From IMG/VR virus record IMGVR_UViG_3300016471_000824, positions 1 through 61,577 of that record: a stretch of 61,577 nt of DNA. One strand, 5' to 3'. A program made the translations under genes and the position numbers. Origin of the DNA: a virus. Taxonomy: Duplodnaviria > Caudoviricetes. This document shows, in pieces, positions 58,701-61,577 of this stretch (positions within the stretch are counted from its first letter, which is position 1; each line of letters starts with the position of its first letter). The notes beneath the pieces were generated by a model. That model was not told where the DNA came from, did not search any database, and saw only the letters and a program-made list of their open reading frames with translations.

Positions 58701-59328
58701 AATTAATAGACGTTGCTGATGTTGATGGTGTATTCAGTATGTTGAAAATCTGACTTTTAATATCAGTATCAATTGTTGAAGTTGATCCATTAAATAATTC
58801 ATATGTACTATATAAATCACCTGATAATAGTGTAGGTATTGAGGATGTGTAAGAAATAGAATCAATATTATTTGTACAACCAGTGAAATTAGTAGTGTAA
58901 CTACTAACTTTAAATTGAACACATTGAGTAATACAACTTACAGTGGTAGCACTCGCACAATCAAAACCAACAGTTGATTGGTCAACATTTGCTATTGTGG
59001 AAATAGACCAAGAAGGTCCCGCATCATAACCAGATAAACCAAGTATTCTTGTTACGAATAATTGATTTGATTGTTGTAAATATGCTTTAGCAATATAAGC
59101 TGCTTCATATTTAGGTATTTGTGTGTTTATAAATTTTTCAGGAGAAGTACCACCGAAATATGTTGTAAATTCGTCAAAGTTTGTAATAAAAATAGGTTCA
59201 AAGGCAGGACCTTTTAAAGTCTCACCAACTATACCAAGAGTTGTTACACCAACACTTTGTGATACAAAACTTAAATCGACCTCAGAAGTATAAACACCAG
59301 GAGATACAAAAACTTTACTGTTTGACAT
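55738..59328 (-). CDS. Tail sheath protein (T4 gp18-like) with large inserts
   Basis: FVSPGVYTSEVDLS, ATYYPWV, PWFAAAGYTRG, RINVRRLL, FEQND, IYIKPTRSLEFI. Confidence 0.93.
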   Translation of the reverse strand: MSNSKVFVSPGVYTSEVDLSFVSQSVGVTTLGIVGETLKGPAFEPIFITNFDEFTTYFGGTSPEKFINTQIPKYEAAYIAKAYLQQSNQLFVTRILGLSGYDAGPSWSISTIANVDQSTVGFDCASATTVSCITQCVQFKVSSYTTNFTGCTNNIDSISYTSSIPTLLSGDLYSTYELFNGSTSTIDTDIKSQIFNILNTPSTSATSINYFGIVSGDTITNQLSAFTSQNNVFGVDNINSNLADYTAAVNDTWYYATFDNIGNGQYSGYSFYDYVNSLTLTSSLSNCASFFSYSISSTTLGSIAGSINYNTNVINVCLPSTATTANTTALTITYSACPTSLSAVTSGGVIQSATTLGYNFSSLTRTYTIVSDDGTATSAWTVNLLLTDPCGVCATGNTGSIQLGTITNCYSGSITGNIYIYSGLSYTDYDDLVIATLRSRGIATYGTDDGPVYEVSGTTDVTMNCTGIYSAVTRNPYATFALNVTNKDGENFTFETSFTNSDPKYLAKVFGSSNFAKPRSTTPLFVEERFQSLLNYAYRKGYIRGLNCNLTALPNARQESDITSIAFYLERYQSPVSPWVVSELRGNKVFNLFRFTTIADGDAANVEVKISMANMSFNNGTFDVLIRDFFDTDSNPVVLEKFTNCSMNPNENNFIAKKIGTKDGEYALNSKFVMLEMNEDAPIDALPCGFLGYNTREYAGVKSPFPIYKTKYDFPGEVVFNPPFGLSSGADDALRSAGDNVRRTYLGISDTVGYDVDFFTYKGKRLPGSSICDATTGADWSYRTKGFHMDINASGITIANSFTTSGTAEFFVGSGTFTSDPDDETNPYYRIFARKFSLLCSGGFDGWDIYRERRTNGDQFVLGRSGYLKGACPSFRYPTATGWGAFKTITVGNTTQDYANTDYYAYLLGQQTFANPEAVNINVFTTPGIDYVNNSNLVEAAIEMVEFDRADSIYITTTPDYNMLVPTTGEQTDIIYPQEAVDNLETTGIDSNYTATYYPWVLTRDTVNNTQIYIPPTAEVCRNLALTDNIAFPWFAAAGYTRGIVNAIKARRKLTQEERDTLYKGRLNPIATFSDVGTVIFGNKTLQIRESALDRINVRRLLLQARKLISAVSVRLLFEQNDEKVRQDFLDAVNPILDAIRRDRGLYDFRVTVSSDPADLDRNQLTGKIYIKPTRSLEFIDITFYITPTGASFENI

Positions 59329-59418
59329 TGATTTGGTTATTTAATAATTTATTTTTATAAATAAATATAACCACTACAACTAAAAAACTTTACTTTGTAC
59401 TATGTATTAATAAATTGA

Positions 59419-59446
59419 GTAGAATAAATTCTACCTTTTTTCTACC
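59419..59446. promoter_or_regulatory. Putative operator: GTAGAA-N4-TTCTAC palindrome plus a third TTCTAC half-site
   Basis: 59419-59434 and 59440-59445, immediately before the small DNA-binding ORF. Confidence 0.4.
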
Positions 59447-59611
59447 ATGTCAAAAAATGAGAAAAAAATAAAGAATTTGAAAATATCCATCGAAGTACAT
59501 AATTTACTTAAAACTTACTGTGATAAGAATGGAATAAAAATGTATCGTTTTTTGGAAAGATTAATAGTTGATAAGTGTAAAGAAAAAAAAGATATTTATG
59601 GAGATTTTTAA
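59447..59611 (+). CDS. Small ribbon-helix-helix-like DNA-binding protein (below the ORF-track cutoff)
   Basis: MSKNEKKIKNLKISIEVHNLLKTYCDKNGIKMYRFLERLIVDKCKEKKDIYGDF*; beta-helix-G-helix pattern; fills an otherwise empty gap. Confidence 0.7.
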   Translation: MSKNEKKIKNLKISIEVHNLLKTYCDKNGIKMYRFLERLIVDKCKEKKDIYGDF

Positions 59612-60645
59612 ATTAATAATCCACTTAAGACGATAGATGATACATTAGCCCCATTACCTCTAACAATCTCAATCCTTACTAAATCATTAGTATTTATTTG
59701 TATTGGTGAACTATTAGTGCCATAAAAATCATTGTTAATATAAACGAAATATTGATTTACATTCACTAAATTCAAAATGTTTAGATTCGTAGTATAATTG
59801 AATATTTGAGATAGTGTGTCATTACCAACATTAAAAATTAAATCAAAGTTATTAGGTTGTTCTGTTGATTCCTTTTTCTTTGTCCTTTTAGTGATTTTAG
59901 TATCAACTTCAGTAACTTGTAATATTCTACTTATGGCGGGACTAACTTCGAATTCATTTTCATCTATAAGAAACCCCAACATAGTAAAACTATAACTTTG
60001 AATAAAATATTTTCTTTTGTTTACATCCAAAACACTTTCATCTGATATATCACCCATTACGATTGGAATATAATGACCTTTAATGACTTGATAGGCTTGT
60101 CGAGATGCAAACTTTTCTAAAATAATTTTATTAAATTGATTAAGTTCTCTCATTCTATTACAAATAATTTTGACTTCAAACGAAATATCTACAGGTACTG
60201 GTTGTGGAATTTTATAAACATCCGTACCCATCCTTTGACCATCCCAAGTTGGTACTTGAGCATAAAAAAACAATTTACGATTTGGTATATTGTATAAAGT
60301 TGAGGGATTTGTTCCGAATTTTACTTCGGGTTTTCTAACAACTGTTACAAAAGGGGGTTCAACATTTTTATCAATGTTTTGAATTTCCCAAGTTTCAACA
60401 AATTGTGTCCAATTTTGTGTGGTAATAATAATATCTATTGTTGGTATTAGTTTCCCATCAACAACCAATGTCAATTCATTTTTTACAAAATCTAAAAAAC
60501 CACCATCCAAATCAGCATGTAGAAGTGATTTTGGTAAATAAGTTCCATCCTTATTAATTTTATCTAATAATTCTTGTCTCCTACCTAATCCAACTTTTGA
60601 TTCAGTTAGTGGTAAATTTTTTTTTATTTTTTTAGGTAAAGGCAT
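59608..60645 (-). CDS. Tail terminator / sheath stabiliser (T4 gp15-like)
   Basis: PQPVPVDISFEVKIICNRMRELNQF; upstream of the sheath gene. Confidence 0.6.
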   Translation of the reverse strand: MPLPKKIKKNLPLTESKVGLGRRQELLDKINKDGTYLPKSLLHADLDGGFLDFVKNELTLVVDGKLIPTIDIIITTQNWTQFVETWEIQNIDKNVEPPFVTVVRKPEVKFGTNPSTLYNIPNRKLFFYAQVPTWDGQRMGTDVYKIPQPVPVDISFEVKIICNRMRELNQFNKIILEKFASRQAYQVIKGHYIPIVMGDISDESVLDVNKRKYFIQSYSFTMLGFLIDENEFEVSPAISRILQVTEVDTKITKRTKKKESTEQPNNFDLIFNVGNDTLSQIFNYTTNLNILNLVNVNQYFVYINNDFYGTNSSPIQINTNDLVRIEIVRGNGANVSSIVLSGLLI

Positions 60646-61564
60646 TTGGTTCTTTTTTTTCTATATAATTAGCGAACTCACCAACAACTTTAAAATTTGT
60701 TGAAATACTATTAAGGTAGTTAATGGTACTACCAAGTATTCTTTGAAGTTCTTGATTATATGGTTCAATGAAATTCATAATTGGCTTTAAAATATATTCA
60801 CTTATAGACATTAATATATTTTCAACTTGGTCTTCAATTAATGTTTTCAAGATAGTTATTACCACTTGTACAAACTTTGAGATTCCAGTTGATATAATTT
60901 TTTTTCCTAAAGGTGTTTCAAGAAATTCATCAAAATATTTACCAAAGAACCCAATAACTTTATTAATTTTATCATTAACAAAACTTGGTAGATACTTGGT
61001 ATCCATAAAACCCATAATATCTAAAAGTTTAAATATACCATTAACAAAGTTTGAGGTCATTTCATTTAAATTTTTAGAGAATTGGAATCTAACAATATAA
61101 CTAATTCCGTGTGCTAACTCCACACTTTTTGCAGCACCCTTTCCACCATAAGGAGGAGGTAAATAGGGTAATATTTTACTTATAATCTCAACAATATTAT
61201 CAAATGTTAAGTTAGCCCAAACAACATTTTTTAAATCATTTAGAAATAAAGTTATTAGATTTGGATTATCTTTGTAAGAACCAACAGCACACTTTATTTT
61301 CCTCGTATTTTCTATTTCTTGTTTTTTTTGGTCGTTGGACATTGTACTCCAATTTTTATAATACTTAGACCAATCAAATGTGTACTTACTTCCATCCCAC
61401 TTGTAAGAATTTATATTATTATAATAAAACGTTTGATATTCTTTTGAATCAGATTTAAAGGTATTTTTTTTACCACACATATCTTCAAATACAACAGATT
61501 GAACTTCACTTTTAGCTTGTTCTAAAATTTCTTTAAATTGTGATTCTGTAATTAATATTTTCAT
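60632..61564 (-). CDS. Hypothetical protein with MKILITESQ-type N-terminus
   Basis: 310-aa ORF with helical C-terminal half. Confidence 0.65.
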   Translation of the reverse strand: MKILITESQFKEILEQAKSEVQSVVFEDMCGKKNTFKSDSKEYQTFYYNNINSYKWDGSKYTFDWSKYYKNWSTMSNDQKKQEIENTRKIKCAVGSYKDNPNLITLFLNDLKNVVWANLTFDNIVEIISKILPYLPPPYGGKGAAKSVELAHGISYIVRFQFSKNLNEMTSNFVNGIFKLLDIMGFMDTKYLPSFVNDKINKVIGFFGKYFDEFLETPLGKKIISTGISKFVQVVITILKTLIEDQVENILMSISEYILKPIMNFIEPYNQELQRILGSTINYLNSISTNFKVVGEFANYIEKKEPNAFT

Positions 61565-61577
61565 AATCCTCTAAATT

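Noticed and set aside
24136-59328. Bacterial contractile injection system or eukaryotic giant virus
   Set aside because: Tail genes are interleaved with T4-like helicase, SSB, UvsX and exonuclease, indicating a tailed phage; the eukaryote-like NrdA/B type also occurs in Bacteroidota and phages.
1957-61100. Many short antisense or nested ORFs in the track (e.g. 10782..11192, 38078..38395, 38795..39082, 52820..53230, 53211..53450)
   Set aside because: They shadow longer well-supported genes on the opposite strand or frame and show no recognisable motifs.
1-61577. Genome-wide stop-codon reassignment (TAG or TGA), as in some large phages
   Set aside because: Genes are full length in code 11. 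TGA (2435, 18727) and TAG (8417, 16907, 28961) act as real stops. Only the TGA at 39001 looks internal.

Overview
AT-rich, gene-dense segment of a large T4-like contractile-tailed (myo)phage, read in the standard genetic code. The host is probably Bacteroidota (SprB-type repeats, no Shine-Dalgarno signals; inference). Bases 1-8417 (+) carry virion accessory and baseplate genes, a plant SGT1/HPAT-like glycosyltransferase and a RuvC-like resolvase. Bases 8418-26437 (-) carry baseplate wedge and fibre-like genes. Bases 26517-37570 (-) are a replication module: NrdA fractured by a split intein and a free-standing GIY-YIG endonuclease, NrdB, helicase, 5'-3' exonuclease, C5 methylase, RecA/UvsX and gp32-like SSB. 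Bases 37645-61564 (-) are the tail module: hub, gp53-like wedge, tape measure, chaperone, tube, sheath and gp15-like protein. Highlights: (1) a candidate virion O-glycosylation system (glycosyltransferase, a recurrent hydrophobic-[ST]-[GA]-x-T motif largely confined to structural proteins, and Thr tracts); (2) a trans-splicing NrdA; (3) an unannotated +1 frameshift in the tail chaperone; (4) an in-frame UGA after six prolines in the giant hub gene; (5) a TATTTAT motif upstream of many genes. All family assignments come from motifs recognised by eye, with no database searches.
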